Shown here: piece after piece, positions 1-16,650 of the stretch | How positions within the stretch are numbered: position 1 is the first letter of the stretch | Layout: each line of letters begins with the position of its first letter | Source: Octopus vulgaris | Taxonomy: Eukaryota | Assembly: GCA_951406725.2 (NCBI GenBank) | Contig: OX597831.1 | Coordinates: 14,508,001-14,572,000, forward strand | DNA length: 64,000 nt | Reading direction: 5' to 3' | Notes under the pieces: model-generated | Database searches by the model: none | Told to the model about the DNA's origin: nothing | The model's input: only the letters and a program-made list of their open reading frames with translations | Translations under genes and position numbers: made by a program

Positions 1-235
1 AACACTCACAATACCACATGGCAGTACTACATAATAAACTGTACTACGTCATACACAACAACAATCAAAATACCTCGTGAAAGTAGAACATTCTACACTG
101 TACTACATCATACACTACAAAACTCATAATATCACGTGACAGTAGTACATGCTACACTATACTATGTCATACGCAACAACACTACATTATACCACATGAT
201 GACACTGACACACCAGTATACTACATCACAATATA
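1..235. repeat. Degenerate tandem repeat of about 59 bp
   Basis: ct.tacta..tcatac.c.aca recurs at about 39, 98 and 157. Confidence 0.7.
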
Positions 236-396
236 CATTATATTTTAGCACACGAGAGTAAATGCTACAGTAGACCTTACGATACTATAACATATACTAT
301 AGTATACAACAGCCTGTACAGTACCATATACTACGATGTTGTAGCATGAATACATATACCATACGATATATATAGATACATACATACATACATACA

Positions 397-473
<77 letters not shown>

Positions 474-680
474 ATGTATATGGAAAAATCATTTAGCTGT
501 TATCTTTTACTTTAGACTGCGGCCATGCTGGGGCATGGCTTGAAATATTTAGTTGAGTGAATCGACTTATTTACTTGTTATGCTTGCAGGGACGTAAACA
601 CACTAACACCATCTGCCATTCAGTGGTGGGAGTAAAACATAGGCACAAAGGCACACACACATATATACGCGCATACATAC

Positions 681-769
<89 letters not shown>

Positions 770-1146
770 ATATATATATGAATGTATGTGTGTATGTATA
801 CACCGGGTTTCTTTCGGTTCCTGTCTACCAAATCCTCAAGGCTTTGGTCGAACCGAGGCTGTATCAGAAGACTCTTTCCCACGGTGCCACGTTGTGGGAC
901 TGTGGCCAAGAAGCAATCTTCTTCCTACACACCCACGCCTATACACCAGGTAAATTCGAAAGCAGATGGTTTAATAGATTTGGCAATATAGACACTAGAT
1001 ACAAGTCTACACCAGACGATATATACATCAAACAACATATATTTCATACAATATACACACCAGACAATATCTATATCCGATTAATATATACCGCCATAAA
1101 AATCTGCATCAGATATATTTGCCCCCCGATGGTGTATACAGCATAA

Positions 1147-1188
<42 letters not shown>

Positions 1189-1189
1189 G

Positions 1190-1241
<52 letters not shown>

Positions 1242-1301
1242 ACTGTCTGTTTGTCTGCCTGTCTGTCTGCCTGCCTGTATGTCTGCCTGTCTATCTATCT
1301 G

Positions 1302-1358
<57 letters not shown>

Positions 1359-2110
1359 TTGGCTGACTGGCTGTCTGTCTGTTTGTCTGTCTGACTGACT
1401 GGCTGTCTGTCTGTGTGTATGGATGGATGCGTGTAAACCAGGGAAGCCAACGAGGAACTAGTATGTAGTCGCTCAGTTTACTAGAAATAGCAGTTAATTT
1501 GTTTTCTCAACTCACACCCATGAACTTTGATAAACACAGGTAATGTAGACCCGTGTGCCACAAAACGACGGAATGGTCAGGGATGGAAAGAGGTAAATCA
1601 AAAGTCTGAACGATCAAGGTTGGCTGAGAATGTGAAGTGCAAGAATAACTACGGTAAAGCATTTTGTTCGACGCACTAAAGTTTCTTCCAGTCCGCGGAT
1701 TTTTAACGTTTCAATAGGGTGCAGTTGTAAGGGAAGACGGTCGATTCATTGATTATATCGATCTTAATACATGACTGGTACTTAATTTTCATCGATTCCG
1801 AATCGATGAAAGGTCAAGATACTCCTAAAGACTGAAGAAATGCCGCGATGCAATTTGTTCGACGCACTAACGACTCAGCTTGCTGTGTAATAATGAATAT
1901 TTTATATTTTGACACAAGGCCAGCAATTTTAATTAAAGCGAGTTAGCCGATTACATCGACCCTAGAACTCAAAGGGTGCTTAGTCTGTCGACCCCAGAAA
2001 GATGGGTGGTAATACAATCGACCTGGGTAGCATTTGAACTCACAACATAAAGATCCGAAAAAAATGCCACTTGGTATTTTTGCTCGACGAAATAAAGATA
2101 CTGATAACCA

Positions 2111-2179
<69 letters not shown>

Positions 2180-3389
2180 CGCTGCTGCTGCTGCTGCTAT
2201 CACTACTTCTGAGAATATGGTGTTCCTGCTTTTCGATAGGAAGTTTGGACGAGCAGTAACGCAAATCCATACCTTTTGCCGTTGCTGTTTGCTTTTTTGT
2301 GTGTGTGTACGTGAGCGCGCACCCGCGTGCACACGCGTGTATTTTTTAAACTCACACATATATGTATGTGTGCGAGCATAGTGCTATTTCATAATCTTAT
2401 GGGTTCCAAAGCTGTAATCTTTACCTCAGCGAGAAAAGAAAAAAAAATCCTAACCTTGAAGCAACTAGTGTCATCTACCAATCTGAGATCAGAGATCAGA
2501 GATTCTATCAAATAACCGGCAGCAGAAGAGGTCACTTTGAAAAACATTTCAACCGACAAAATGTCACAATACATAAATTTCAGCTTCAGAAAGGGCCAGT
2601 GGAGCAACATCTCAGAGTAACTATCGCTGTGGGCATTAACAAAGATCGACTGTAACCAATGAAAACTGACGTTAGAATTGCCCCATAGGCATTCAACTTT
2701 TCGCTATCATTTACAAATATTGCTAATATCATCTGAATGATCGCAGTCACGTATACTGTGTGTGTTTGCATGTATGTTTTATGCGCGCACAGACACGTGT
2801 TTGTATATTGTGTGTGTGTGTGCAGGGGCGCTCGTATGCATGTGTGCGTTTCTGTATGTTTGTCTAAAACTCTGAGTTGCGGTGAGGTGAGCCACGGACT
2901 GTTTTATAGATATAGGGTTCGATACACATGTGGAACTCCTCTCTGCATAAGATTAATATAAGAATAATATTAGACGAGGATATCCTTCACCCTCGTGTTA
3001 TATCATATAATATTACACTCACCACACACACCAATACACACGCACTGACATATAATACATATTTACATATATGTGTGTGTATGTGTGTGTTTGTGTATAT
3101 ATATTTATATATATAAATATACACACACACACGCACACATATAGTTATACATATATACGACGGGCTTCTTTCAGTTTCCGTCTACTAAATCCGATCTCAA
3201 GGCTTTGGTCGGCCCGAGGCTATAGTAGAAGACACTTACCCCAGGTATCACGCAGTGGGACTGAACCCGGAACCATGTGGTTGGGAAAGCAAGCTACTTA
3301 CCACACAGCCACTCCTGCGCCTATATATATATTTTATACACACACACATATATATAAATATATATATTATACACGCACACATATATATT

Positions 3390-3449
<60 letters not shown>

Positions 3450-3456
3450 ATATATG

Positions 3457-3501
<45 letters not shown>

Positions 3502-5799
3502 TTATTTATATAAAGGTATGTATCTATCCATATATATATATATGCATATATATGTATATGTATATACGTACACACACAAATACACACACACACACACACA
3601 CATATTTATATATACACACCCATATGCATATGCGTAGATGTGTGTATGTGTGTATTACACATATGACATGTATTATGTACATTACACACACACGCACACA
3701 TATATGTACATAAATGTAAACACATACAGAGACACATGCACACACGCCCGCACACCCACACCCAACCACACACACACACTCATATATGTTTATCTCCGTA
3801 TGGATATCATACATCTGCAGACATCCAAAACGCACTAAAGCTCTCCACTGCAAACAAGCATGCGCTACTCACAACGACAAGCATACATATATAAACATAT
3901 ACAAACATATAACTGCTGAAAAGTCGACACTTCGTTTGATACCACTCAAGAAATATATTAACACTTAGTTACTCTTTATTCAAGCAGATGGCGTACCAGA
4001 GTGTGCTGTCTCTGACCACGCCTATACATCTAAGGAAGATCATTATCATTGTTATAGTAGTTATAATTGGTTTACATCTCAAGGTCAACCCCACCAAGTA
4101 GTGCAGCTCTATGATAGATGGCGCTGAAGCCCTGATCTCTGCATCTCATTCGAAGGAATAGTCTATCGATGACTACACTGTGCAATGTGTCTTTCGTATT
4201 TTAAAACTCTTAACTGTGTGAATCGAAGGGCATTTGGCTGCTACTTCTAGCATTTCGAGCGACCAGCCACCGGTTACCTTCCTGTATGAAGTCACCAGTG
4301 CAACCAGGAATCTAGGCCTGCCAACTTTCCTAGCTAAGCTCCGTACGTTAGTGTGGTGTCTGCACATGCGCACTCGCTGTCACAGTAGTCTGCACGCCCG
4401 CCCACGCCCTGCTGTTCACCTGGACGATGATGTAAGACCAACAGGTATGTCATCACCGTTAAAGGATTCGGACCAATCGATGACAACATGATATGGAGCG
4501 ATGGTAACTAGGGTTGCGCCGTGTGTGTGTGAGTGAACGCGTGTGTAAAGTCTGTGACACGTGTTCGATTTGTAGTCAGGTTATTTTTCTCCACCTCTTC
4601 TTCGTGTTTGCTCTCGTGGTCGTGTGGTTAAGGAACTCACTTTGCGTCCACATGGTTTCGGGTTCAGTTTCGCTGCGCGGCATCTTGAGAAGGTGTCTTC
4701 TGTTAGAGCCATGGGCCGACCAATGTGAATTTGGTAGATGGAAACCTGTTGCGCGTGTGTATGTATATATGCATGTATATATGTATGTATGTGTGTATGT
4801 ATGTATGTATGTGTGTATGAATGCATGTATGTATGTATGTATGTATGTATGTTGTATGTATGTATGTTGTATGTATGTATGGATGTGTGTATGTATGTAT
4901 ACGTGTGTGCGTATGCATGTATGCATGTATGTATGTGATTTTGTGTTTGTCTTCGTCCTCCCTACTTTACAACCGATGTTGGTTTGTTTACATTCTCATA
5001 ACTTAGCGGTTCCACAAAAGATTACCAGACTTAATTTTCAAAAATAAAAAAATGAAAAAACGTTCTCGGGGTGGGGTCGATTCATTCTGCTAAGACCGTT
5101 TAAGGCGGTGCTCCAACATGGCCGCAGTCTAATAACTGAAAGAACTAAAAGATAAAAAGGAAATGCTTATCAGTCACGTGTCCTAGAAACCTTCGTCCTT
5201 TTAAATAAAGGGTGTATTCGATATTGCTGTAAGGGTTTATTGTTAGACCTTTGGCCCCTCGTTGTAGGGATACTAAGTGAGGGAGCGTGTAGCTCAATGG
5301 CTAGGGTGTTGCACCCAGTATCGCAAGATCGTAGTTTCTATTCCTGGGATGATTGGTGCGTTGTGTTCTTGAGCAAAACACTTCATTTCACTTTGTTTTA
5401 TTCCGATCAGTTAGAAACGAGTGACCCTTCGATGGACTTCAGAGGGGACGCTGTGATCTTGGTCACTTATGCGCCACGGAAATCGGGTAAGTGACTCTGT
5501 GAGCCCTAGAGCTCGAGGTAGTAATGTCCAGAGGTTGATGATGACGACGATGATGATGACTATGAAGATAGTTTGGGTATTTTTTAAACAAGGTGGATCC
5601 CATGCTTTTCCAGAAAGACAGGCAAGAATCAATCCTACTATTTCACTGATGGTTTCATTTATCAACCCCGAAATGGTGAAAGGCAAACCTGATCTCGTAT
5701 CAAGGGTTCATTATAACTGAAAAACAGAAATAAAAGGAGGGATGGTTATGGAGAGAATGTCTTTAATGTAAGGCCATCTAGATAAGGATTGGTCCAGAC

Positions 5800-6340
5800 T
5801 TAAACAAACACCTAGGTTACTCTAAAACATCTATCAACCCCCTAGGCCACTCTTAAACATCTCCCACACCACTAAGATACCCTTGATAAACATCAGCTCC
5901 ACCCGTAATCAACTTTTAAAAATACCCACCACACCACTATCGTACCCCTAATAACCATCCGTTACATCCTTAAACATCCATTAATAAACAATCCGCACCT
6001 TCACCCCACCGCTGAACCACCCTTAATAAACATTCACCATGACCACACCACCGAGCCACCCTCACATATCTACCAAAGCCCCTAAGTCACCCTTAATAAA
6101 CTTTCACGTTCACCTCACCACTTAGCAGCTCTTAATAAATGTTTGCCGCTCCAACAAGCCATCCCTTAATCCCCCACAGCATCGCTAAGCCACCCGTAAT
6201 AACCATCCAGCACATACCTAAAAACAGCCCGCACCTGAATTAATAACCTCCACCTTCACTACGACACTTAACCACTGAGCCACCCGTAACAACCAGCCAC
6301 CATACTACAAAGCCACCATTATTATCCACCACCACCCTTA
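5800..6340. repeat. Degenerate C/A-rich minisatellite
   Basis: Recurring cactaagccacccttaataaacatc-like units. Confidence 0.6.
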
Positions 6341-7309
6341 ATAGTTACCGTCATGTATTGTTCATAGTGAAACATCTCTCTCTTTATGTCACTCATTATA
6401 ATACATTATGGCAAAATAATAATAAAAGCAGCAACATCAGTTATTATTGGGATTAATTACTCGGTTAATTTGATGTAGTGAGCATCACAAATCTAATTAA
6501 AATAATTATGCCGAGAAAGCAACAAGAGTATTTTAATTATTTTAATTGTTTTCCGAAACAGTTTTTTTTCAAAAATAATATCAGTCATTTGGGGACATCG
6601 CGGTCCTTTATTCATCGCATAATTATTTTTAATTAGAATTTTTATGCTCACAACACCAAATACGCTAAAAATAGCACTTAACTATTATTTTGAATGCATA
6701 ATAGCGTCCTTGAGCTTTGCATATTTGAATACGCAAATTTTTCACGCAGCGTACGTACAGTGATGTTAATTCACTTAGTGATTCTCTCAACACTGCTTTC
6801 AAAAAGTACGGTGACGTCTATGCTTCATTGTTGTGGTTTCATAAGGCCGAAACATATTCGGAGTTGTCTTCTCTTGTGGTCGTAACGATTGAAGCAACAT
6901 TAATCGACTTTGTCTTTCATCATTTCAGAGGAGGGGGTGTTAATTAAATAAAATACTAATGATATACTGAGGTTGAGGGTATCCACTAGCCCTCTTCTAA
7001 AATTGCTTGCTTCGGACCAATATTGAAACAACCTATGATTGAAACAAACCCACCTGACTCAAGGATACCAGCAGTAGCAGCAGCAGTAGCAGCAGTAGTA
7101 GCAGCAGTAGTAGTAGTTGTTGAAGATATGCACTATTGGGATACTTTTTTACTCTTTTACTTGTTTCAGTCATTTGACTTCGTCCATGCTGGAGCATCGC
7201 CTTTTAGTCGAACAAATCGACCCCGAGGATTTATTCTTTGTTAGCCTAGTACTTATCCTATCTGACCTTTATGCTGAACCGCTAAGTTATGGGGACGTAA
7301 ACACAACAA

Positions 7310-7679
<370 letters not shown>

Positions 7680-8246
7680 TCGCACATAAACACAGAAGTA
7701 TGTATATGTTTGTATGTATTTATGTATGTATATATTCCACAAGTGTGTTGGGTCTGCAGAATTGTAACAGCGTGTAAGAAATTGTTTTGTGTCTTTTGTT
7801 TCGGCTGTTTATGTTCTTCTGAGTTCAAATCCCGCCGAGGCTAACTTAACCTTTCATTCATCGTTGGGAGGACAAATTGATCTCCTAGCGAACTATTGTT
7901 TTTGGTGGCACCCGTTAACCACCTCCCATTGAAATTGCTGGACAGGAACCTTAATTAGAGACAATCGCATTATATATATATCATTCATTTCTTTGCTGCA
8001 CGAAGAAGCGATATTTTAAGCGAAGAATAATAACATGGTTTCAAGGTGGAAGAAAAAAAAGTTCTAATGGGTGCAGACGTGACTGTGTAGTAAGAATCTT
8101 GTTTCCCAACTACAGTTTTGGGTTCAGTCCTACTGCGTAGCACCTAGCATAAGTGTCTTCTACTATAGCCTCGGGCTGACCAAAGCCTTGTGAGTGGATT
8201 TGGTAAACGGAAACTGAAAGCAGACTGTCGTATACACACTCATATG

Positions 8247-8298
<52 letters not shown>

Positions 8299-9576
8299 TG
8301 TGTGTGTGTGTGTATAAATATTTATATATGTATGTATGTATTTATGTATCTATGTGTGTGTGTCTTTGTGTCTGTGGTTGTCCCACTTTCCATTTCCGCT
8401 TGACAACCGGTGTTGGTGTGTTTATGTCTCTGTAACTTAGCTGTTCGGCAAAAGAGGCCGACAGAATAAGTACCAGGCTTTAAAAAATAAATCCTGGGGG
8501 TCGATTTGTTCGACTAAAAGGCGGTGCTCCAGCATGGCCGCAGTCAAATGACTGAAACAAGTAAAAGAATAAAAGAATAATAGAAAAAGGGGAAATTTGA
8601 AAATAAATAAATAAATAAAGGCCCTTATTTCTGAAATGAAGCACCGGCCCCTGAACTTCAAATTTCACTTTATTCTTATACTATACAAACTTATCCAAAG
8701 TCATGGTAAGAATACCGACATTCCGGACCCTAATGGCCCGCGACCTCTTCTAATCCCTATTAATTTTCGAGCAGAATTCTCAAACTCCTGCGTCTGAGAG
8801 AGTAGTTTACGAGACGGCCCTCTTTCACAGACCCATGCACAATACAGTCCTCAATTTGTATTATTTACACTAAATACACAATTTTCAGTGTCGAATTTAA
8901 TTATTTAAGTAATTACAAAGCAATGAGGGATTGAATAAATATATCTCTCAGGCAGAAAGCTGGCAGAGTCGTTAGCACACCGGGCGAAATACTTAGCGGT
9001 ATTTCGTCTGCCGTTACGTTGTGAGTTCAAATTCCACCGAGGTCTACTTTGCCTTTCATCCTTTTGGGGTCGATTAATTAAGTACCAGTTGCGAATTTGG
9101 GTCGATGTGATCGACTTAATCCGTTTGTCTGTCCTTGTTTGTCCTCTCTGTGTTTAGCCACTTGTGGGTAGTAAAGAAATAGGTATTTCGTCTGTGTTTA
9201 TGTTCTGAGTTCAAATTCCGCCGAGGTCGAATTTGTCTTTCATCCTTTTGGGGTCAATAAACTGCCAGTTGTGTACTGGTGTCGATCTAATAGACTGGCA
9301 TCCCTCCCCTAATATTTCTGACCTTGTGCCTAGAGTAGAAAAGAATAATTATGTCATTTGTTTACTGCAGCTGCTGCTGTTGTTGTTGTTGTTGATGATG
9401 GTTAGCTCTGATCAAGAACACAGGTAATCAAAGGTATTTTGACGGTGAGACTGCCGTCGTTACCTTTAGAATAGAGTACCAAGGAGTTTGCGTGTTGCTC
9501 GCATTTATGCCATGTATATTCCCGTGAATTCATTCACACATGCAAACATGCATACGTCCATGCATGTATGCATACA

Positions 9577-9610
<34 letters not shown>

Positions 9611-9659
9611 CATACAGATATATATATACATGCGTACCTATATAGATACACACACATAC

Positions 9660-9695
<36 letters not shown>

Positions 9696-9699
9696 ATTT

Positions 9700-10030
9700 G
9701 TTTAGTTTTATTTCAAAATTTCTTGCCAAAAGAGAAAGAACCGGTTTCTAACCTAGATCCAAGGCTCCGTCATTGTAATTTGAACATCAACAACAGGGTA
9801 TGTATGTATGTATGTTTGTATGTATGTGTGACCGCGTGTGTATCGTTGGCGATTTTTTTCCTACGTCTTCTCTTCCTTGGATCTTTCCTTTTTCTATGTT
9901 TCTGACGAAGAGCTCCGCTCGAAACGTTAAAATCCTTCTTCTTTCTTTCCTGAGCGTCCAATAACACTATACTTGTTCCACGTCCTCGCGTTGTTGTGTT
10001 TTCTCTTTGTGTTTTCATGTTAGGATTAAC
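9700..10030 (+). mobile_element. PLE-terminus-like fragment with HHR motif at 9898-9932
   Basis: TTT-CTGACGA-aGAGC tcc GCTC-GAAA-CG-TT-AAA. Flanks resemble those at 35180-35390 and 47690-47860. Confidence 0.6.
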
Positions 10031-10060
10031 CATATATATATATGTATGTATATATTTACG

Positions 10061-10094
<34 letters not shown>

Positions 10095-10180
10095 TGTATG
10101 TATGTATGTATGTATGTATGTATGTATGTTTGTAGGTATGTATGCATACATGTATGTATACATGTATGTATATATGTATG

Positions 10181-10220
<40 letters not shown>

Positions 10221-11029
10221 CGTGCAGATTTGTATATTTTGTTTTGTGCATGTCTTCTCGTACATATGTGTGCATACCTAGACATACTGCAACAAACATA
10301 TGTATGAATGTGTCTATGTTTATATGTATGTACGTAAGCATGCGTATATATGATTCTATTTATGTGTGTGCGTGTTAGTTTTTGTGTTATTGCATGTATA
10401 TATCTGTTTACATTCACACACACAGACAGACAGACACACACAGACAGACAGACACACACACACACAGACAGACGCACACACACAGACAGACACACACACA
10501 CACAGACAGATAGACAGACACACACACACAGAGACACAGACAGACACACACACAGACACACAACACATGGTTGCGTCTGTGTGTTATCGGAAAATCCACG
10601 CAAACATTTTATTTTCATATTCGAAGGGTTTTTTTTTTAAATACGCGCGCTTCCGGGTTCAGTGCCGTTGTTTCGGGCCGAGGCAACCGTTCCATCGCCC
10701 ATCATCCCTATAACCAGCATCACCGCTACCCACCCCCATCATTCGAGTACCAATCCCCCCCCCCACCACTCCACCCCCCGTCGCCACCACCACCGCCATC
10801 GCCATCACCCCCGCTGACACCCCAAACCTCCACCGTACTCACCCCAACTGTCCACCCGTTTCTTTGCTTTCCGAGAACATTCCACGTAGCTTCACCGTTG
10901 CCTGGCAACCGAGCATGCAACAAACAGCAGTTGTGATGTTGATGTTGATGTTGATGTTGAAGATGGCGATGGTTACTTACCTCACCCCACCTCACCCCGT
11001 CATGCTCTCACAACCACTACCAGCGACAC

Positions 11030-11428
11030 CCTAATCACACAACGCACCACTGCCACCACCACCACCACCACCACCATCACCACCACCACCATCACTGCCG
11101 CCGCAACTTAATTTCTGCTTTAACCTTCACTTCGACCAAACATCACTACGACTAGCTCTACTACTACAACTACTACTACAACTACTACTGCTGCTGCTGC
11201 TGCTGCTGCTACTACTACTACTACTACTACTACTACTGCTATTACTGGCTATAGTTGTAGTGGTGGCGGTGGTGATGGTGCTTGTGTTGGCTGTAGTGGC
11301 GGTAGTAGTGCTAGTAGTAGTGGTGGTGGTGGTAGTATTTACAGTATGGTGAGTTGCATGACAGTGTTAGCTGCAATAGGGTAGTAGCAGTAGGAGTAGT
11401 GGTGGCGATGGTTGTAGTAGTAGCCACT

Positions 11429-11502
<74 letters not shown>

Positions 11503-11565
11503 TGTAGTAATTGTAGTAGTAATTGTAGTAGTAGTAGAAGCAGTGACAGCAAGAGCCGCAGCAGT

Positions 11566-11597
<32 letters not shown>

Positions 11598-12010
11598 TAG
11601 TAGTGGTAGTAATAGTAGTAGTAGTAGTTGTAGTACAATGAGAAAGAGGCAGGAGTAGTGAAGGAAAAGAAGTAACAGCGTTGGTGGTGGCGCAGGTAGT
11701 ATTGTCGGTGGTGGTACTCGATGTTGTGTTGGTGGTAGTGTTGTTGTTGTTGGTATGGGTGTTAGCATGATATTGACGGTATTCGTTGTAGTGTTGGATG
11801 TAGTTTCTGGTGATAGAAATTGTCTGTAGTATGGTCAGTAGTTTTAGTGGTAGCGTTGTGTTGGTGCGGGTATAGGTGTGGGTAGCAGTGTAGGTGTTGG
11901 TGATAACAGTTTATGTAGTAGTGTTCATGGAGGTACTGGTAGTTGTAGCGGTGGTGGTGGTGGTGGTGGTGGAGGTGCTGGTGGTGGTGGTGGTGGTGCT
12001 GGCGGTTATT
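11030..12010. repeat. Compound trinucleotide low-complexity tract (CAC/CTA/GTA/GCA/GGT)
   Basis: Direct inspection. Confidence 0.9.
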
Positions 12011-12138
12011 GTAATGGTTTGGAATGCCTTGGGGGTACGGAAGATTGGTTAAAGACGGATTGCGTGTCAAACTATCACAGCGCACAATTATTCTAGATTA
12101 TCAGAAATTGCATTCTGTGTGAGAAACAAGGCTGTGTG

Positions 12139-12217
<79 letters not shown>

Positions 12218-12602
12218 CCAAGTGTGTGTGCGTCTGAGTGTTTATGCAAGCGTATGTGGAACTAACTGCATCCTTCGATAACCACATGTAATACAATTGC
12301 ACAGAACAAATACACATATACACACATAATATTTATGTATAATATATATATGTATATATATAGGTATGTATGTATATGCATATATAGACGAATGTGTGAA
12401 TGTGTGGTTGCATACGTAGACGCGAGCGCACTCATTAGTGTGCCTGCATAGGTATAGGCTTAATGCATTCGCGAAAGCACTTAGCTGTGTTGTATTAGCA
12501 TACCTAAGTAGGTACGCACTACCATCATATATTCATATACACACACATATATATATATATATATATGTAAAGATCTATATATATATATATTAACATTACC
12601 AG

Positions 12603-12660
<58 letters not shown>

Positions 12661-12760
12661 ATATATATGCGTGTAAAGATATATATATATATATAAAACA
12701 TTACAAGATATTTATATATATATATATATATATACATATTATTTTAATGCGTACAATATA

Positions 12761-12858
<98 letters not shown>

Positions 12859-13649
12859 TATATGGCCATACATATGTGTCTTCTTATCTAAACACTTAAG
12901 TGTTATACAAACTCATTCATTCTCTCGTTCTCTCTCTCTCATCCCTTTTGTATTTTTATTGCATGATGTTTGACGTAATATTGTGTGTTGAAACAAATGC
13001 TTTTTATCTTGGGAGGGTCATATTGCCAATGAAAACACGCACACTGGCTCTCTTTCTCCTCTTTTTTAAATCATTCCTCATATTGTTACCAAATTAACAA
13101 ATTAACTAATCCTTTGACTAATATTTCGAATAAGCAATCAGCCAACCAACCAACCAACTAACCAACAAATCAATCAGTCAATCAGTCAATCAAATTGTCA
13201 AAGACCTTTTATCGCCATTCATGACTTCAGCAACAATATCATTGCTCCAGCTTTGCCACAGTATAATTAAACTATACCACTCGAGATTTCTCCTTGTACT
13301 CTTTTATTGTCTTACTCGTTTCAGCCATTTGACTGCGGCCATGCTGGAGCACCGCCTTGAAGGGTCCTAGTCGAAAAAATCAACCCCAGGACATTTTTTT
13401 TAAAGCCTAGTACTTATTCTATTGGTTTCTTTGCTGAACTGCTAGCTGACGGGGAAATAATCACACCAACACCGGCTGACGTGCGGTGATGTGAGGACAA
13501 GCTCAGACACAATCACACACGCGAATATGTGCATATATATATGTGTGTGTGTGTGTATGTATATAAAGATATATACATATATGTATAGAAATACACGCAC
13601 ACACATATATATATATATATATACTAGGATAATTCATTCACCTACTTAA

Positions 13650-13776
<127 letters not shown>

Positions 13777-14654
13777 GCAAACACACGTCAGGCTTCTTTC
13801 AGTTTCCGTCTACCAAACCCTCTCACAAGGCTTTGGTCGGCCCCGGGCTATAGTAGAAGCAACTTCCCCAAGGTGCCTCGCAGTGGGACCGAAACCCGGA
13901 ACCTTATGGTTGGGAAGGAAGCTTCTTAACATTTTCGAATATGTGTACCTATGTTCGCGTGTGTTTCTCTGAGTGTGATTGTGTTGGCGTTTGTGTTTTT
14001 TTCGTTAGCATTTGATTGTTTTGGCTTTAATGGTCATTGAGTTTCTACGTAAATTATGTGTGTGTGTGTGTGTGTGTGTACGTGACTGTGCGTGCACCTG
14101 TGAGCGTATACGTGTCTGCAAATATGTAGGCGCATCGGTGCGTGCTCTCTGCGACTACTTGTGTGTGTGAATGTGTGCGCCCTGTGTTCGTGTGTGTATG
14201 CATGTGTGTATGTGTGCATGCGTGCATGCTATGTACGAGTGCGTGCTATGTACGTGTATGTGCGTGTGTCTGTGCGCGTTCATACACAAGCATGTTTCTG
14301 TACGTGAATTATGTTCATACGTGCGTATATATGTGTTTGTGTGTGCACCTGTATGCGAATATCTGTGTATGTGTGTGAGTGTGCGTGAGTGCTTGCGTGA
14401 TCTGCCTGTTGCTTATTCCTGCGTGTTCGCCTATATCGGCGTGGCACGTCTCTGTGACTGTATGCTTACCTATTATTCTTTCAGTTTTGTCATTGGCAAA
14501 AGGAATTTTAAAATCCATCCATTCACACACACACAAACACATATCTTTCTTACGCTTTGGATATGTTTAGGAAAAGATTATTTTTCATCACAATAAACGG
14601 ATTCCACCGTATAAAATAAATTTCTTTCTGCCACAGGCGCAAGGTCTGAAATAT

Positions 14655-15830
14655 TCTTTTCTACTCTAGGCACAAGGCACGAAATTTTGTGGGAGGCGGG
14701 GGACAGTCGATTACATCGACCCCACTACGCGACTGGTACTTAATTTATTGACCCTGAAAGGATCCGTCGACCTCGGCGGAATTTGAACTCAGAACCTAAT
14801 GGCAGATGAAATACCTATTTCTTTACTACCCACAAGGGGCTACACACAGAGGGGACAAACAAGGACAGACAAACGGATTAAGTCGATTATATCGACCCCC
14901 AATGCGTGACTGGTACTTATTTCATAGATCCCCAAAGGATGAAAGGCAAAGTCGACGTCGGCGGAATTTGAACTCAGAACATAAAGACAGACGTACCCAC
15001 AATGGGCTAAACACAGAGAGTACAAACAAGAAGAGAGAAACTGATTAAGTCGATTATATCGACCCCAGTGCGTAACTGGTACTTATTTAATCGACCCCGA
15101 AAGGATGAAAGGCAAAGTCGACCTCTGCGGAATTTGAACTCACAACGTTGCGACAGGTGAAATACCACTAAGCATTTCGCCCGGCGTGCTAGCGAATCTG
15201 CCAGCTCGCCGCCTTACACATATGTATATATTCTTTTCTACTCTAGGCACAAGTCCCGAAATTTTGTGGGAGGCGGGGTCCAGTCGATTGCATCAACCCC
15301 AGTACGCAACTGGTACTTAATTTATCGACTCCGAAAGGATGAAAGGCAAAGTCGACCGCGCGGAATTTCAATTCACAACGTTGCGACAGTTGAAATACCT
15401 ATTTCTTTACTACCCACAAGGGGCTAAACACAGAGGGGACAAACAAGGACAGACAAACGGATTTGACGAAATGCGTAGCCGTATTTCGTCTGCCGTTATG
15501 TTCTGAGTTCAAATTCCGCCAAGGTCGACTTTGCCTTTCATCCATTCGGGGTCGATTAAATAAGTACCAGTTACGCACTGGGATCGATGTAATCGACTTA
15601 ATCCATTTGTCTGTCCTTGTTTGTCCTCTCTGTGTTTAGCCCCTTGTGGGTAGTAAAAGTATAGGTATTTCGTCTGCCGCTACGTTCTGAGTTCAAATTC
15701 CATCGAGGTCGACTTTGCCTTTCATCATTTCAGGGTCAATCAATTTAGTACCATTTGCGTACTGGGGTCGATCTAATTGACGGGAACGCTCTCCCAAAAT
15801 TTCGGGCATTGTGTCTGGAGTAGAAAAGTA
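14655..15830. mobile_element. Cluster of multimeric family-B SINEs in both orientations
   Basis: Repeated gtcgat..tcgacccc..ctggtactt..aaaggatgaaaggcaaagtcgac units; orientation switches near 15465. Confidence 0.8.
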
Positions 15831-15902
15831 TATATATATATATATATATGAAAAAACAAGTCAAAAATAGAAAATGCTAAAATAATTTTATAGTGAACAT
15901 TT

Positions 15903-15940
15903 CAGTACCGGTTTCGGTCATTTTGAGACCTTTTCAACTG
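15903..15940 (-). ncRNA. Minimal type I HHR in the PLE 3' terminus (U3-A8 core variant)
   Basis: Minus strand reads CAG-TTGAAAA-GGTC tcaaaat GACC-GAAA-CCGG-TA-CTG. Confidence 0.8.
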
Positions 15941-16650
15941 TAACGATTAAATAATTAAATTTAGAAAAATTAGAAGAAAAGTTTTTTTAAAAGAATATTT
16001 CTATAGTAATGTTCAGATTTAAGTGGCATTCTGCCTTTCTCTGACTCCCTTGTTTGCACTTGAGTGTTGGAGGTCGTTGTGAGTTCTTGGTAGGGTAGTA
16101 GAGGAAGAAGGCTGGTGAGGAAAGGGGGTGGGAGAATCTGGGAGTGCCCTGATGGTCGTATTTTGAATGGTCAGTGGCGGCTGGCAGTCTCAGTTCAATT
16201 CAGGAGAATATTTATATTGACAGGCTTGTTTATAGAATTAGCGTAGGTGTTATACTAAAAAACATTAGTGACAAAGTTAAGGGGTAGGGGGTGGAGAAGT
16301 AAAAGAAGAAGAAGAAGAAGAAGAAGGAGAAGGAGAAGATGACGATGATGGTGATGGTGGTGATGATTATGACGACGATGATGATGATAATGATGATGAT
16401 GAAGAAGAAGAAGAAGAAGGAGGGGAAGGAGAAGATGGTGGTGATGATGGTGGTGATGATGATGACGACGATGATGATGATAATGATGATGATGAAGAAG
16501 AAGAGGAAGAAGAAGAAGAAAAAAACAGAGAAGGGAGAATATGAATGGGTGTAAGAATAGCTTTGAAGTGGCTGATTGGTAATGGATTCTATGGAGTGTA
16601 ATATTTGTGTGTGTATATATATTTTTCTTTTATTCTAAAGTTGAGGTATA

